DNA of 37,804 bases from a virus, in IMG/VR virus record IMGVR_UViG_3300010392_000295. One strand, 5' to 3'. The position numbers and the translations under genes are program-made. Below the pieces are notes generated by a model that saw nothing but the letters and a program-made list of their open reading frames with translations, was not told the origin of the DNA and did no database searches. Below, piece after piece: positions 1 to 9,198 of this stretch (within the stretch, counting starts at the first letter, position 1; every line of letters begins with the position of its first letter).

Positions 1-127
1 GCAACGAAAAGTACAAAGATACGCTATCAGAAGCAAAGAAGTTTTTTGATGGCAGAAGCATTACAAAGCAAAGAGCAATTACAGCCGTTGTTTGCGCATT
101 TTGTATAGCGGTAGGCGCTAAAGCTCC
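1..127. repeat. 127-bp terminal direct repeat, identical to 37678..37804 (circular-assembly overlap or terminal redundancy)
   Basis: I compared the two ends base by base. gcaacgaaaagtacaaagatacgc...ggcgctaaagctcc occurs at both ends of the window. Confidence 0.95.
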
Positions 128-152
128 AGACGTATTAAAATTATTTATGTGA
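1..152 (+). CDS. 3' end of the junction-spanning ORF that begins at 37440: coiled-coil protein with a C-terminal hydrophobic anchor
   Basis: The reading frame continues from the window end: ...KQRAITAVVCAFCIAVGAKAPDVLKLFM, stop TGA at 150..152. Positions 1..127 duplicate 37678..37804. Confidence 0.6.
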   Translation, partial: NEKYKDTLSEAKKFFDGRSITKQRAITAVVCAFCIAVGAKAPDVLKLFM

Positions 153-167
153 TTAAACCCGACAAGA

Positions 168-194
168 CCAAAGGCCATTAGTTTGGCTTTTTTT
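168..194 (+). terminator. possible rho-independent terminator
   Basis: ccaaa (168..172) pairs with tttgg (182..186) and is followed by c plus a T-run. The stem is short and the loop is 9 nt. Confidence 0.45.
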
Positions 195-262
195 ATATCT
201 GTGCTAATATGATTACACAGCAATTCACTCTAATTGTTTTTGTTGATTCATAATTCACATCG

Positions 263-293
263 AAGCCCAATTTTCACAAGTTGGGCTTTTTTT
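263..293 (+). terminator. rho-independent terminator
   Basis: 8-bp stem, aagcccaa (263..270) with ttgggctt (281..288), followed by a T-run. Confidence 0.8.
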
Positions 294-354
294 ATGCCTA
301 TGTTAAAATATACAAAAGAACTGAGTTCAAACATTTATCTGATAGGGTTAGATA

Positions 355-495
355 ATGGCTAAAGTTGAAATACCAATCAATATAAAAGACATAGAAGAAT
401 TCAAAGAGTTAATCAAATCTCTTTCTGATAATTTCGATTACCTTCCATTCGATGTAAAGCAGGCATTATTTAAGTTTGTCGAGAAAGAGGGTTAA
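355..495 (+). CDS. small hypothetical protein (46 aa) directly upstream of terminase
   Basis: ATG at 355, stop TAA at 493..495, directly abutting the TerS ATG at 496. The product is acidic: MAKVEIPINIKDIEEFKELIKSL... Confidence 0.5.
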   Translation: MAKVEIPINIKDIEEFKELIKSLSDNFDYLPFDVKQALFKFVEKEG

Positions 496-888
496 ATGAT
501 GAAATTAACCAACAAGCAAGACGCATTTGTTAAGGCTTATTTGCTAAATGGTTTCAATGCAACACAGGCAGCTATAGAGGCAGGCTATTCAGAAAAGACC
601 GCGTATTCTATAGGTAATGAAAACCTGAGCAAACCTGAAATCAAGAAAGCAATAGAAGAACACCAAAAAAAATCAAACGAAAACTTCGTATGGTCTAAGC
701 AGAAGAAACTGGAAATGCTTGAGCGCGTAGCCATTCAATGCTCACACGATAGTGAAGAAAAGGGCATGTTAAACGCCCAGGCTGTTATAGCTGCAATTAA
801 GGAGCATAACTTAATGCAGGGTGATAACGCTCCAACACAAACCGAAAACACCCACAAGATTATCCCAGCTGACGATACTGAATGGTAG
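496..888 (+). CDS. terS: terminase small subunit (Terminase_2 / P27-like)
   Basis: N-terminal LTNKQDAFVKAYLLNGFNATQAAIEAGYSEKTAYSIGNENLSKPEI is the typical HTH motif of this TerS family. It overlaps TerL by 7 nt. Confidence 0.9.
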   Translation: MMKLTNKQDAFVKAYLLNGFNATQAAIEAGYSEKTAYSIGNENLSKPEIKKAIEEHQKKSNENFVWSKQKKLEMLERVAIQCSHDSEEKGMLNAQAVIAAIKEHNLMQGDNAPTQTENTHKIIPADDTEW

Positions 889-2120
889 ACCTTCGCAAGT
901 TTCAGCAACACGTAAAAGACAAGTCGCCGGCATTTGTTCCGCTATTCACTCATAAGCACAGATATGAAGTCGCATGGGGTGGTGCTGGTAGCGGTAAGTC
1001 TCACATTGTTGCCAGAAAGTTGCTTTATAGGATGCTTCAAGAGTCGCACGTAAAGCACAACATTCTAATTATCCGTAAAGTTGACCGCACTATTAAAAAG
1101 TCAACATGGACGCTAATGAAAAACATTATTAGCAAATGGGGATTGACTGACCAGTTTCACTTTAACCAAACTGACCGCACTATGATATGGAAAGAGAATG
1201 GCTCTCAATTTATGTTTAGCGGCTTGGATGATGTTGAAAAGTTAAAATCAATCGAGGGCGTTACCAGCATCTGGTGTGAAGAAGCTACCGAGCTTTTGCA
1301 AGAGGACTTTGAGCAGCTTGATTTACGTCTACGTGGTGAGCATGGGTGCTTAAAGCAAATTACCCTAACGCTTAACCCGATTAGCGAGCAGCACTGGATT
1401 AAAAAAATATTCTTTGATGATCCAATTGATGATGTATTTACGCTCAAGACAACTTACCTGGACAATTCATTCATTGATGATGAATACAAACTGGTAATGG
1501 AAAACAAGAAGAAATCGAATCCTCGCTATTACAATATTTACGCTTTGGGAAATTGGGGTACAGCAGAAGGCCTTATATTCAACAATGTTACTCAGCGATT
1601 AATCAAAGAGGATGAACTTATTGGGCTTGACTGTATACAGGGTTTGGACTTTGGTTACACTAACGACCCTACATCATTCAATCTTAGCTACATTGACAGG
1701 AAGAATAAGAGGCTATTTGTGTATGACGGATTCTATGAGAAAGGAATGAGCAACGAGCGCATTGCCGAGAGAATGAAAGAAAAGCTTGTTCATAGACACA
1801 TGACCACGGCAGATAGCGCAGAGCCAAAATCAATCGACAGCTTAAAGAGTAAAGGCATAAGAATTGAAGCTGCCAAAAAAGGAAAAGACTCAATTAATAC
1901 CGGTATCGACTTCTTAACTGAATACGAAATAATCATAAATGCTCACCTGGTTGAATTTATGACCGAGGCTCTAAACTATACTTGGGATGTTGACAAGAAA
2001 ACCAATAAGCCAACAAATAAACCGGTTGATGACTTTAACCATTTTTGGGATTCACTTAGATATGCAACCGAAAAGTATCACGCTCGCGGAAATACTCGCA
2101 GGTTTGCTATGCGTAACTAA
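882..2120 (+). CDS. terL: terminase large subunit (PBSX/XtmB-like)
   Basis: Walker A motif GGAGSGKSH is near the N-terminus. Size is 412 aa, and it lies downstream of TerS and upstream of the portal. Confidence 0.9.
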   Translation: MVDLRKFQQHVKDKSPAFVPLFTHKHRYEVAWGGAGSGKSHIVARKLLYRMLQESHVKHNILIIRKVDRTIKKSTWTLMKNIISKWGLTDQFHFNQTDRTMIWKENGSQFMFSGLDDVEKLKSIEGVTSIWCEEATELLQEDFEQLDLRLRGEHGCLKQITLTLNPISEQHWIKKIFFDDPIDDVFTLKTTYLDNSFIDDEYKLVMENKKKSNPRYYNIYALGNWGTAEGLIFNNVTQRLIKEDELIGLDCIQGLDFGYTNDPTSFNLSYIDRKNKRLFVYDGFYEKGMSNERIAERMKEKLVHRHMTTADSAEPKSIDSLKSKGIRIEAAKKGKDSINTGIDFLTEYEIIINAHLVEFMTEALNYTWDVDKKTNKPTNKPVDDFNHFWDSLRYATEKYHARGNTRRFAMRN

Positions 2121-2161
2121 GGTGTTAAAATGAACAATATTATAGTATCGGACTTTTAAAA

Positions 2162-3700
2162 ATGGCTACAGAATTAAGCAAAGGCAAGCTAAGCGAGCCA
2201 GATTCAAATTATTGCGAACAGTCTTATTTGTGGAAGCAGGTAAGGGCATGTATTGCTGGTAAGTATGAAGTTGATAAGTTAAAGACGTGCCTTCCGCAGC
2301 CATACGACACAGGGCTTTATATTTATAGCGGCATGACTGATGAGCAAATCAATCACGCGAAACGATGCCAGCAAATAAATATTAACAAGTCGGCAGCTTA
2401 TTGGAATAGAGCGCGATTTTTTAACGCTACAGGTAGAACTTTTGAATCGCTTGGTGGTATGATTTGGTCGCAAGAGCCAGAGGTCGAGTTGGATGCAAGC
2501 GTTGCCTACCTTGAGAAAAACGCTAATGGCTCAGGTATGGGTTTGCGTGATGTTGCACAGTGCATTACTGATGAAAACGTTTCACTCGGTAGGCTTGGCG
2601 CTCTTGCTGATATGCCGAAAAATAAAAGAGCTTTAACTCGCAAGCAAATGGAGAGCGGAGAAAATGCAGCTCGCATTGTCATGTATAAAGCTGAAAGCAT
2701 TGTTTACTCACGCACAGATAAAAGTGGTAATCTTGTTGAAGTTAGACTTGTCGAGGTTCACCAAGAAGAAAAGCCAATGGGCGAAGGCGCTCTTACTTAC
2801 TGCATAAACACAGAAAACGTTATTTATACTAGGCAATTAGTGATGATTGACGGTGTTTATCACAACCGACTGTTTAATGATAAAGATGAGTTGATTTCGG
2901 ATGTAATTCCGCTTGCTAACCGTGTGGCGTTTAATTTTATCCCGTTTCAGTTTTTTGGTGCTGATAAGAACACGCCCGAATTCGGCAAGGTTCCGCTTTA
3001 CGACCTGGCTAGTCAAAATATAGGTCATTATGGGTATGATGCAGATAATAGGACTCATCTGCACTATTGGGCTTCCGGTATAACAAACGTATTTACAAGC
3101 ATGGATGCAATGCAATTTTACGAGCTTAACCCTAACGGATTGGATTGCAGTCCTGGCGGCTCAAATCAGCTTGGCTCTGATGATAGGGTTGAATACTTAC
3201 AAAGCACATCAGATGGCGCAGTTTCTAGCGAAATGGAAAAAGATGAGAGGCGTATGATTATGCTTGGCGCTCAATTGGTACAAGAAGCCAATGCTAATCA
3301 AACGTTGGGCGCTAAAGAAATGGAGTTTGGCGCAAGCGTATCGACACTAAAGCGCATCGCTCACAATTGCTCTAAAGGCATTGAGAATTTAATTAACTGG
3401 TGTGCGATGTTTATGGGTTCAAATGGTGAGTCAACTTACAAATTAAACACTGACTTTGTAACTGACAACATGACTCCAGAAATGATTAACGCTCACTTTG
3501 CACTTGTTCAAGGTGGTGTGCTGCCAGTTGAAACAATTTACGAGACAGCGCGAAAGGCTGAGTTAACAAAGCTTGATAATCAAGAAATTGCCGACTTAGC
3601 ACGCGAATCTGATTTGGGCATGAATGGCGAGTCAGAAGAAGTTGCGCGACTACGAGCTGAAAACGAAGCATTACGCGAGCAATTAAATGGCGCTGAATGA
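2162..3700 (+). CDS. portal protein
   Basis: 512-aa ORF between TerL and the Mu-F-like minor head gene. It has an acidic coiled-coil C-terminus and overlaps the next gene. Confidence 0.8.
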   Translation: MATELSKGKLSEPDSNYCEQSYLWKQVRACIAGKYEVDKLKTCLPQPYDTGLYIYSGMTDEQINHAKRCQQININKSAAYWNRARFFNATGRTFESLGGMIWSQEPEVELDASVAYLEKNANGSGMGLRDVAQCITDENVSLGRLGALADMPKNKRALTRKQMESGENAARIVMYKAESIVYSRTDKSGNLVEVRLVEVHQEEKPMGEGALTYCINTENVIYTRQLVMIDGVYHNRLFNDKDELISDVIPLANRVAFNFIPFQFFGADKNTPEFGKVPLYDLASQNIGHYGYDADNRTHLHYWASGITNVFTSMDAMQFYELNPNGLDCSPGGSNQLGSDDRVEYLQSTSDGAVSSEMEKDERRMIMLGAQLVQEANANQTLGAKEMEFGASVSTLKRIAHNCSKGIENLINWCAMFMGSNGESTYKLNTDFVTDNMTPEMINAHFALVQGGVLPVETIYETARKAELTKLDNQEIADLARESDLGMNGESEEVARLRAENEALREQLNGAE

Positions 3701-4805
3701 TGATTTAGTTGCGATTTACTCGCAGCATCAAATCTATTTACAGAAGGTTGCGGCTAAATACGGCAATGATGTCGTTCCGCATCTTGAGCGAATTCAATCT
3801 GGCGTTAATGACATATTCGAGCATTACCGCGGAATGAACTTAACACCGAAGCGCGAGGAAAGGATTAAGGCTCAAATTAACGAGCTTACGCGCTTGGAGT
3901 TGCAAGATTATATTAAGAATCTAAAGTCCGATACTAAAGGTGTTGGTGAATACGAAGCTCAATTTGCAGCGCGCACTCTTGATGACATTATTGAATCAGA
4001 TGATTTTAACTCTGCAGTGCCAACTGCTACACAAGTAAACACCCTGGCAATAGCATCACCAATAAAGCTAGGTGAAAACAATTTTATTACGTATAACACG
4101 ATGATGCGTAACTATTGGCAGAAATGGACTGATGAAATTGACGCTATTGTGCAGCAGGGATTTTTAGCTGGTGGCACAATACAAGATATTCAATCAAGAG
4201 TAATGCAAGCCATACAGTTAGAAGGTGAGGTTTCTAAAACAGCACTGTCACGAGCTAGACGCTCAGCAAGAACAATTGCTATAACTGGCATTAATCATTA
4301 CTCAAACCAAGCTACAGTGGCTTTTGTTGGCGCTAACGATGATGCGCTAGTTGGATATGAATTTGTCGCCGTGCTTGACTCTAGAACCAGTCAGCAATGC
4401 AGAGGCTTTGATGGTAGAACATTTAAAGCTGACGACCCAAGACTAGGCGCAGTAACTCCACCATTGCACCCTAATTGCCGTAGTAGACTTGTTTATGAGG
4501 TGGCAGACAAGTACAGATTTGATGACGAAGATTTACAACGCTCATCAAATTTTAGGGTTGATGGTAAACTAGACCCGAAATCGGTTAAGAGTGGTCAGCG
4601 ATACTATGATTACATGGCTAAGCTATCAGCTAAAGACCAGGACGCGATACTTGGGCCAACTTTAGGCAAGGCGTTTAGAAAACTGAATGACCCAGACAAG
4701 TTTGCCAAGCTAACAGTTGATTCGCTTGGTAATCCGCTAACTATCACAGAATTAAAGAAGCGCGACAACGAATTAAGTCGCATACTTAAACAACAGAAAG
4801 GCTGA
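3687..4805 (+). CDS. minor head / head morphogenesis protein (Phage_Mu_F, SPP1 gp7-like)
   Basis: The motif TPPLHPNCRSRL matches the conserved PPxHxNCRC signature of the Mu F / SPP1 gp7 family. It sits right after the portal. Confidence 0.85.
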   Translation: MALNDDLVAIYSQHQIYLQKVAAKYGNDVVPHLERIQSGVNDIFEHYRGMNLTPKREERIKAQINELTRLELQDYIKNLKSDTKGVGEYEAQFAARTLDDIIESDDFNSAVPTATQVNTLAIASPIKLGENNFITYNTMMRNYWQKWTDEIDAIVQQGFLAGGTIQDIQSRVMQAIQLEGEVSKTALSRARRSARTIAITGINHYSNQATVAFVGANDDALVGYEFVAVLDSRTSQQCRGFDGRTFKADDPRLGAVTPPLHPNCRSRLVYEVADKYRFDDEDLQRSSNFRVDGKLDPKSVKSGQRYYDYMAKLSAKDQDAILGPTLGKAFRKLNDPDKFAKLTVDSLGNPLTITELKKRDNELSRILKQQKG

Positions 4806-4834
4806 GCCTTTTTAAATACCTAGAGGGTAGTACT

Positions 4835-5479
4835 ATGACATTTGATTTATCTAAAATTGAAGGTTTAACAGAAGAACAGCAAGCAGCAATCAAGGCTATG
4901 CACGAAACCGAAACGCAAGGATTGGTAAGCAAAACGCAAGAGCTGTTAAGCGAAACCAAAACAGCAAAGGCAACAGCCAGTGAACAAGCGCAAGCATTAG
5001 AGCAAGCTCGCCAAGCAGCAGTAAAGGCAGAAGAAGAAAAACTGCTAGCAGAAGGTAAATATAAAGAAGCTCAAGAGCTGCGAGAGCAAGAGCGCGCACA
5101 GCTTGTTGCAGAAGCTGAAAGCAAGGCGAAAATGGCGCAGGAAAACCTTGAAAAGTATCACAAAAGCACAGCTTTAAATGGTGCTTTATCACTGATTCAC
5201 GACGACTTTAAAGACGTGTCAAGCGCTTTATTGGATTCAATGATTAAAATTGATTATAATGAACAAGGCGAAGCATTAACAAAATTTATGAAAGATGGTA
5301 ATGTTGTTGCTAATAGCGTTGATGAGTTCAAAAGCTGGGCTGCTGAACAAGATTCATTTAAGCGCATTATGAATGGTGTTAACTCTAGCGGAGCTGGTTC
5401 TTCTAACGCCAACGGTAGCGCTGGTGCTACAAATGATTCAGCTTATGAGCTTCGCTTGAAACAAGCAGGCTTAATTTAA
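4835..5479 (+). CDS. scaffolding protein
   Basis: Coiled-coil sequence rich in A, E, K and Q, lying between the minor head protein and the major capsid gene. RBS-like gagggtag lies upstream. Confidence 0.7.
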   Translation: MTFDLSKIEGLTEEQQAAIKAMHETETQGLVSKTQELLSETKTAKATASEQAQALEQARQAAVKAEEEKLLAEGKYKEAQELREQERAQLVAEAESKAKMAQENLEKYHKSTALNGALSLIHDDFKDVSSALLDSMIKIDYNEQGEALTKFMKDGNVVANSVDEFKSWAAEQDSFKRIMNGVNSSGAGSSNANGSAGATNDSAYELRLKQAGLI

Positions 5480-5498
5480 ATAAAAGAGAGATACTATT

Positions 5499-6479
5499 AT
5501 GGCATTAGCTAACATGCAAGTGTATAACGAGCAAATTCGTTTACGTACTATTGAACTGATTGGCCAGCAATTGCAGGCGTTTAACGCAGCTTCTGGCAAC
5601 ACTATTATTTTAAGTGCTGACGGTTTTATGGGTGACTTCTCAAAAGAGTCATTTTACAACACATTAGCGGCAGCTCAGCGTCGCGTTGACCGATACGCTG
5701 CAAATGGCGCAGCATCATCAACAGCGCTTTCTGAGTCTGAAATGGTCGGCGTTAAAGTTGCTGGCGGCTTTGGCCCAGTAATCTTTGAGCCAGCTCAAAT
5801 GACTTATTTGCAATCAAATCCAGCAGAAGCTATCAACGTAATTGCGCAAGGTTTTGCTGATGCGTTACTAGCAGACCAGCTAAATACTTCGGTAGGCTCG
5901 GCTGTTGCTGCTGTTGAAAATCAGGCGGCTCTAGTTAATGATGTGTCAGCCTTAACTGCTGGCGCAGGTGCGTTAACTCAGTCTGTTTTAAACAGCTCAC
6001 ACGCTAAATTTGGCGATATGTCTGGCTTGCTTCGCGCTGACATTATGACAGGTGCGGCTTATCATAAGTTGCTAGAGAAAGGACTTGCGAACGGCGAGCG
6101 TTTATTTGAAAGCACTAACGTAACAGTGCAGTCAATCCTTGGTAAAATCTTTGTTGTTTCGGATATTCCTGCGCTTTCAGTTGCTGGTACGCCAAACAAA
6201 ACAAAGGTGCTATCACTTGTTGATCGCGGTATCGTTGTTGATAACACATCTGACATTGTGACAAACCTTGATACCACTAACGGTAACGAGCGAATTGAAA
6301 CAACATGGCAGGCAGATTACACGTTTGGTGTGAAAATCAAGGGTTACGCTTGGGATATTGCGAATGGTGGCAAGTCACCACTTGATGCTGAGCTGTTTAC
6401 AGGTTCTAACTGGGATCTGGTTATGTCAAGCGTTAAGCATACTGCTGGCACTCTTGCTATCGCTGACATCGACCAGTAA
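5499..6479 (+). CDS. major capsid protein
   Basis: 326-aa ORF after the scaffold with a strong RBS (aaagagag). A terminator follows about 150 nt downstream (6629..6651), after the small ORF 6490..6642. The position is typical of an MCP. Confidence 0.8.
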   Translation: MALANMQVYNEQIRLRTIELIGQQLQAFNAASGNTIILSADGFMGDFSKESFYNTLAAAQRRVDRYAANGAASSTALSESEMVGVKVAGGFGPVIFEPAQMTYLQSNPAEAINVIAQGFADALLADQLNTSVGSAVAAVENQAALVNDVSALTAGAGALTQSVLNSSHAKFGDMSGLLRADIMTGAAYHKLLEKGLANGERLFESTNVTVQSILGKIFVVSDIPALSVAGTPNKTKVLSLVDRGIVVDNTSDIVTNLDTTNGNERIETTWQADYTFGVKIKGYAWDIANGGKSPLDAELFTGSNWDLVMSSVKHTAGTLAIADIDQ

Positions 6480-6489
6480 GAGGTGACGC

Positions 6490-6642
6490 ATGGATAAAGT
6501 AAAGTATTTACCTCATCCATGCTCTACTGAGACTAAAAAGGAATGGAATGCAAAAGGCTATCGAGTTTTAGATGAGCGTTTTAATCCAGAACCAGTAGAG
6601 CAATACAAACCAAAACGTAAACAAAAAAAAGCCGCTGAATAG
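6490..6642 (+). CDS. small lysine-rich hypothetical protein (50 aa)
   Basis: RBS gaggtga precedes the ATG at 6490. Product is MDKVKYLPHPCSTETKKEWNAKGYRVLDERFNPEPVEQYKPKRKQKKAAE. The stop lies inside the terminator hairpin. Confidence 0.5.
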   Translation: MDKVKYLPHPCSTETKKEWNAKGYRVLDERFNPEPVEQYKPKRKQKKAAE

Positions 6643-6651
6643 TGGCTTTTT
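6629..6651 (+). terminator. rho-independent terminator after the capsid gene block
   Basis: aagccgc (6629..6635) pairs with gtggctt (6642..6648) and is followed by a T-run. Confidence 0.75.
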
Positions 6652-6671
6652 ACTTATGCGGGCATTAGAAC

Positions 6672-7322
6672 ATGAGTAATACAAGAAACGGGATATTAGC
6701 TCAAATTGTTATCGCGCTAGGCGGTACAGTGAGAAACCCTGACAACAGAAATATGTTGCTAGAAGATTGGCGTGACGCTGTTGGTGGGGGTGGCCCAGCA
6801 ACTAGAGAGGTGTTTAACTTCAACGCTGTTAATCAGTGGATTTCGCTCGGTGGAAACATACTCGTACCAGCAGGACAATCTATAGAAATGATGGTTAGAG
6901 TAAATAACACGGCAACAGGTTCAAATCAGTACCTAATGGATTCGGCACTTGATACAGACCCGAACAGAACTGCTGTTTTCGTTACATCGACTGGTACTTA
7001 CTTGGATGGAGATTTTGACTCTGAGCTTGACGGTCAGCCGTTTGCAAATGGAAGTCAATGGCCTGATAGTGAATTTCATCATTTAAAGTTAACTGCTGTC
7101 ACAAATACAAATGTAGGAACTTTGGCTGCTAGAGCTAACGGTAGCGGAGCCAACTTCTTGGGCGGTGTAATTTACAACATTAAGTTTAATGGCGGCTCAG
7201 TTAATAACTACCCAGTCGATGATGGATGGAGTAACAATCCAATTATCAGGAATACTGGAAGCGGAGCTGATGCCACACTAATTAATGGGTTGGAATCTGG
7301 ATGGGAGACAATACCAGTATGA
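6672..7322 (+). CDS. hypothetical virion-associated protein with a LamG / concanavalin-like lectin domain (tentative)
   Basis: 216 aa. The N-terminus carries two copies of an RN-x-LL-type motif (TRNGILAQIVIALGGT, NRNMLLEDWRDAVGGG). The rest resembles a jelly-roll/lectin domain (beta-rich, ...HHLKLTAV...LGGVIYNIKFNGG). The fold call is by eye only. Confidence 0.4.
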   Translation: MSNTRNGILAQIVIALGGTVRNPDNRNMLLEDWRDAVGGGGPATREVFNFNAVNQWISLGGNILVPAGQSIEMMVRVNNTATGSNQYLMDSALDTDPNRTAVFVTSTGTYLDGDFDSELDGQPFANGSQWPDSEFHHLKLTAVTNTNVGTLAARANGSGANFLGGVIYNIKFNGGSVNNYPVDDGWSNNPIIRNTGSGADATLINGLESGWETIPV

Positions 7323-7618
7323 GTGGACTAATAAATAGATTTGCTTTTATCCCCATTTCAGCATGGGAAGGAGTTAAAGATACATTTCCAAACGCTGTAA
7401 GTTATGGGGAATCAAAGGTGATAGGTTACGACTCGCCAAAGGAGAGTTTAGAAATGATAAGCCTAGTTGAGTCAAGCGGGCTAGAGCTTGTTCATCACTC
7501 AGAATCTAACGCGCAGATGATTATCGAAGCAATAGAAAGCGGAATTGATAAGGTTTACAACTGTGACCACGATGTCGCAATCGTTGTAGCTTCTCACTTT
7601 GGAGGTGTTGACGAATGA
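7319..7618 (+). CDS. hypothetical protein (99 aa)
   Basis: The ATG at 7319 overlaps the previous stop (ATGA), and its own stop overlaps the next ATG. It is translationally coupled on both sides. Confidence 0.55.
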   Translation: MSGLINRFAFIPISAWEGVKDTFPNAVSYGESKVIGYDSPKESLEMISLVESSGLELVHHSESNAQMIIEAIESGIDKVYNCDHDVAIVVASHFGGVDE

Positions 7619-7788
7619 CGCGCAACGAGCTTTTAAATCTCATTGGCATTGCATACGGCTTACCAGATGATGACTGTTGGAGAAACTGCGAGCTAGACGG
7701 AATTATAAATATTCTATCTGGCGGCACTGTTACACCATCAGTCACAATGAACGGCAAGCTTCGACAGATTCTTGCTTTAACTGTATAA
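7615..7788 (+). CDS. small hypothetical protein (57 aa) made of RN-x-LL-type motif repeats
   Basis: ATGA overlap with the upstream ORF. Product is MTRNELLNLIGIAYGLPDDDCWRNCELDGIINILSGGTVTPSVTMNGKLRQILALTV. It falls below the ORF-track length cutoff. Confidence 0.5.
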   Translation: MTRNELLNLIGIAYGLPDDDCWRNCELDGIINILSGGTVTPSVTMNGKLRQILALTV

Positions 7789-7793
7789 TGATT

Positions 7794-7900
7794 TTGCGGT
7801 TGCCTTGGCAGGGCCGCAACTAGGGAGCGCTCCCGACCTTACTGCCATAACTGCCAATCACTAAGGAATAACGCTCAAAGGATGAGCTTGCCTGCCAGAA
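7794..7900 (+). other. visibly GC-rich structured intergenic element (possible RNA structure or regulatory element)
   Basis: Hairpin ttgcgg (7794..7799) with ccgcaa (7814..7819). Perfect 12-bp palindrome gggagcgctccc (7823..7834). ctgcca occurs three times (7842, 7851, 7892) and its complement tggcag once (7806). Confidence 0.4.
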
Positions 7901-7925
7901 TTATTTGACATTGGAGAAATGACAA

Positions 7926-9179
7926 ATGTCTATTAGAAATAAATTACTTGAAGAAATATTGTCAGCAATACAATCAGGCTCTGGGTTGGTTGGTAGAGTT
8001 AATGTGACTAGTGCTGCTGACTTATCTGGTACGCTGGATTCAACCAAAGAATACTTTATTGATGGCGTTATTGATATGGGTAGCCAATCAATAGAGGTGC
8101 CTGCTGGCGGCTTGTATTTATCTGGCTACAATTTCGATACATCAAAATTAATTTCAAGCGCAGATAATTACACAATGTTTACATCGCCTATTGGTGGTAG
8201 CGGGAACGTTATCGGCAAAGATTACGCTGTTGAGGTAAGCGGAGCATCATCAAAGGTGTATGATTTAACGTCAGCTACAGGGTTTGATGCTTTTGAGTTT
8301 TCAAGGATAAATTACAATAACTGCGAGTCTCTAGGTGAAATTAACGGATACCGACAAGGCTTTGAGTCTGGTACTGGTAGATTTGGAGGTAAGCCTGAGT
8401 TGGCACTATCTGGTACTTGGGTTGGTGGTTATTTCATAGATGCTTCAATTGTTAGAAGTCTTGCTGATGGTGCTTACTCATTGTTTAAGGCTGGCGCTGG
8501 ATTTAGCATGGCTTCGCGCTTTAGGACAAATATGAACTTGGACTTACCAGCTAGCGCGTCATTCTTTGATTTTGCCCCGGTAAACTTTCCAAACCCTTCA
8601 ACAGTACAGGTTGATGGCGCGATAGTAACAAGGCAAGGTGTGCAAGATGCAACAGATACAAACTACACGCCAAATATAACCGCTGGAAATTTAGCATGCT
8701 CTTGGTCTAACAATATCGGGATGCCAAATACCTTTGAAGGCGGCGCTATTGGCATTGCCGCAGAAGCCGCAACAATAATCAACGCAGTTGATACATTTGA
8801 GGATGTCAACGCTGTAGCGTGGAATGTAACCGACTTGCAGCACTTTGACAGCCCCGTAGGCGGGCAGTTAAGGCATATAGGCATAAATCCAAGAGAATAT
8901 AAGGTTGTTGCGTCAATGGCGGCATCATCAACAGCAAACAACGTTCTAACTTTGAGGGTGTTAAAGTGGGATGACTCAGCCTCATCATTTGTGACGGTTT
9001 TAGATCAAGTTAGGCCAGTTAATAATTTCACCGGCGCAAGGGATGTGGCTTTTTTTAATGTGAACATAAATGCGACTCTAGACCAAAATGACTACATAAA
9101 ACTACAGGTAGCAAACAACACAGCCATAAACAACGTTACATTTGAAACTGACGGATATTACTTGGTGGAGGAAAGATAA
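7926..9179 (+). CDS. hypothetical fibre/spike-like protein, possibly beta-helix (depolymerase-like)
   Basis: 417 aa. The N-terminus MSIRNKLLEEILSAIQSGSG shares the motif of the two upstream ORFs. The body is a long repetitive beta-type sequence rich in G, S, N and T. The fold call is tentative. Confidence 0.4.
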   Translation: MSIRNKLLEEILSAIQSGSGLVGRVNVTSAADLSGTLDSTKEYFIDGVIDMGSQSIEVPAGGLYLSGYNFDTSKLISSADNYTMFTSPIGGSGNVIGKDYAVEVSGASSKVYDLTSATGFDAFEFSRINYNNCESLGEINGYRQGFESGTGRFGGKPELALSGTWVGGYFIDASIVRSLADGAYSLFKAGAGFSMASRFRTNMNLDLPASASFFDFAPVNFPNPSTVQVDGAIVTRQGVQDATDTNYTPNITAGNLACSWSNNIGMPNTFEGGAIGIAAEAATIINAVDTFEDVNAVAWNVTDLQHFDSPVGGQLRHIGINPREYKVVASMAASSTANNVLTLRVLKWDDSASSFVTVLDQVRPVNNFTGARDVAFFNVNINATLDQNDYIKLQVANNTAINNVTFETDGYYLVEER

Positions 9180-9198
9180 GGCGCATTAAACGCCTTTT
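9178..9198. terminator. hairpin between convergent genes (bidirectional terminator candidate)
   Basis: aaggcg (9178..9183) pairs with cgcctt (9191..9196), with a 7-nt loop and a T-run on the + strand. Confidence 0.6.

Noticed and set aside
1205-8988. Numerous 60 to 110-aa antisense ORFs inside terminase, portal, scaffold, capsid and fibre genes (for example 1205..1447, 2837..3115, 4896..5192, 8663..8941)
   Set aside because: They lie entirely within long, motif-supported plus-strand genes, lack RBS sequences, and have odd compositions. This is typical six-frame noise.
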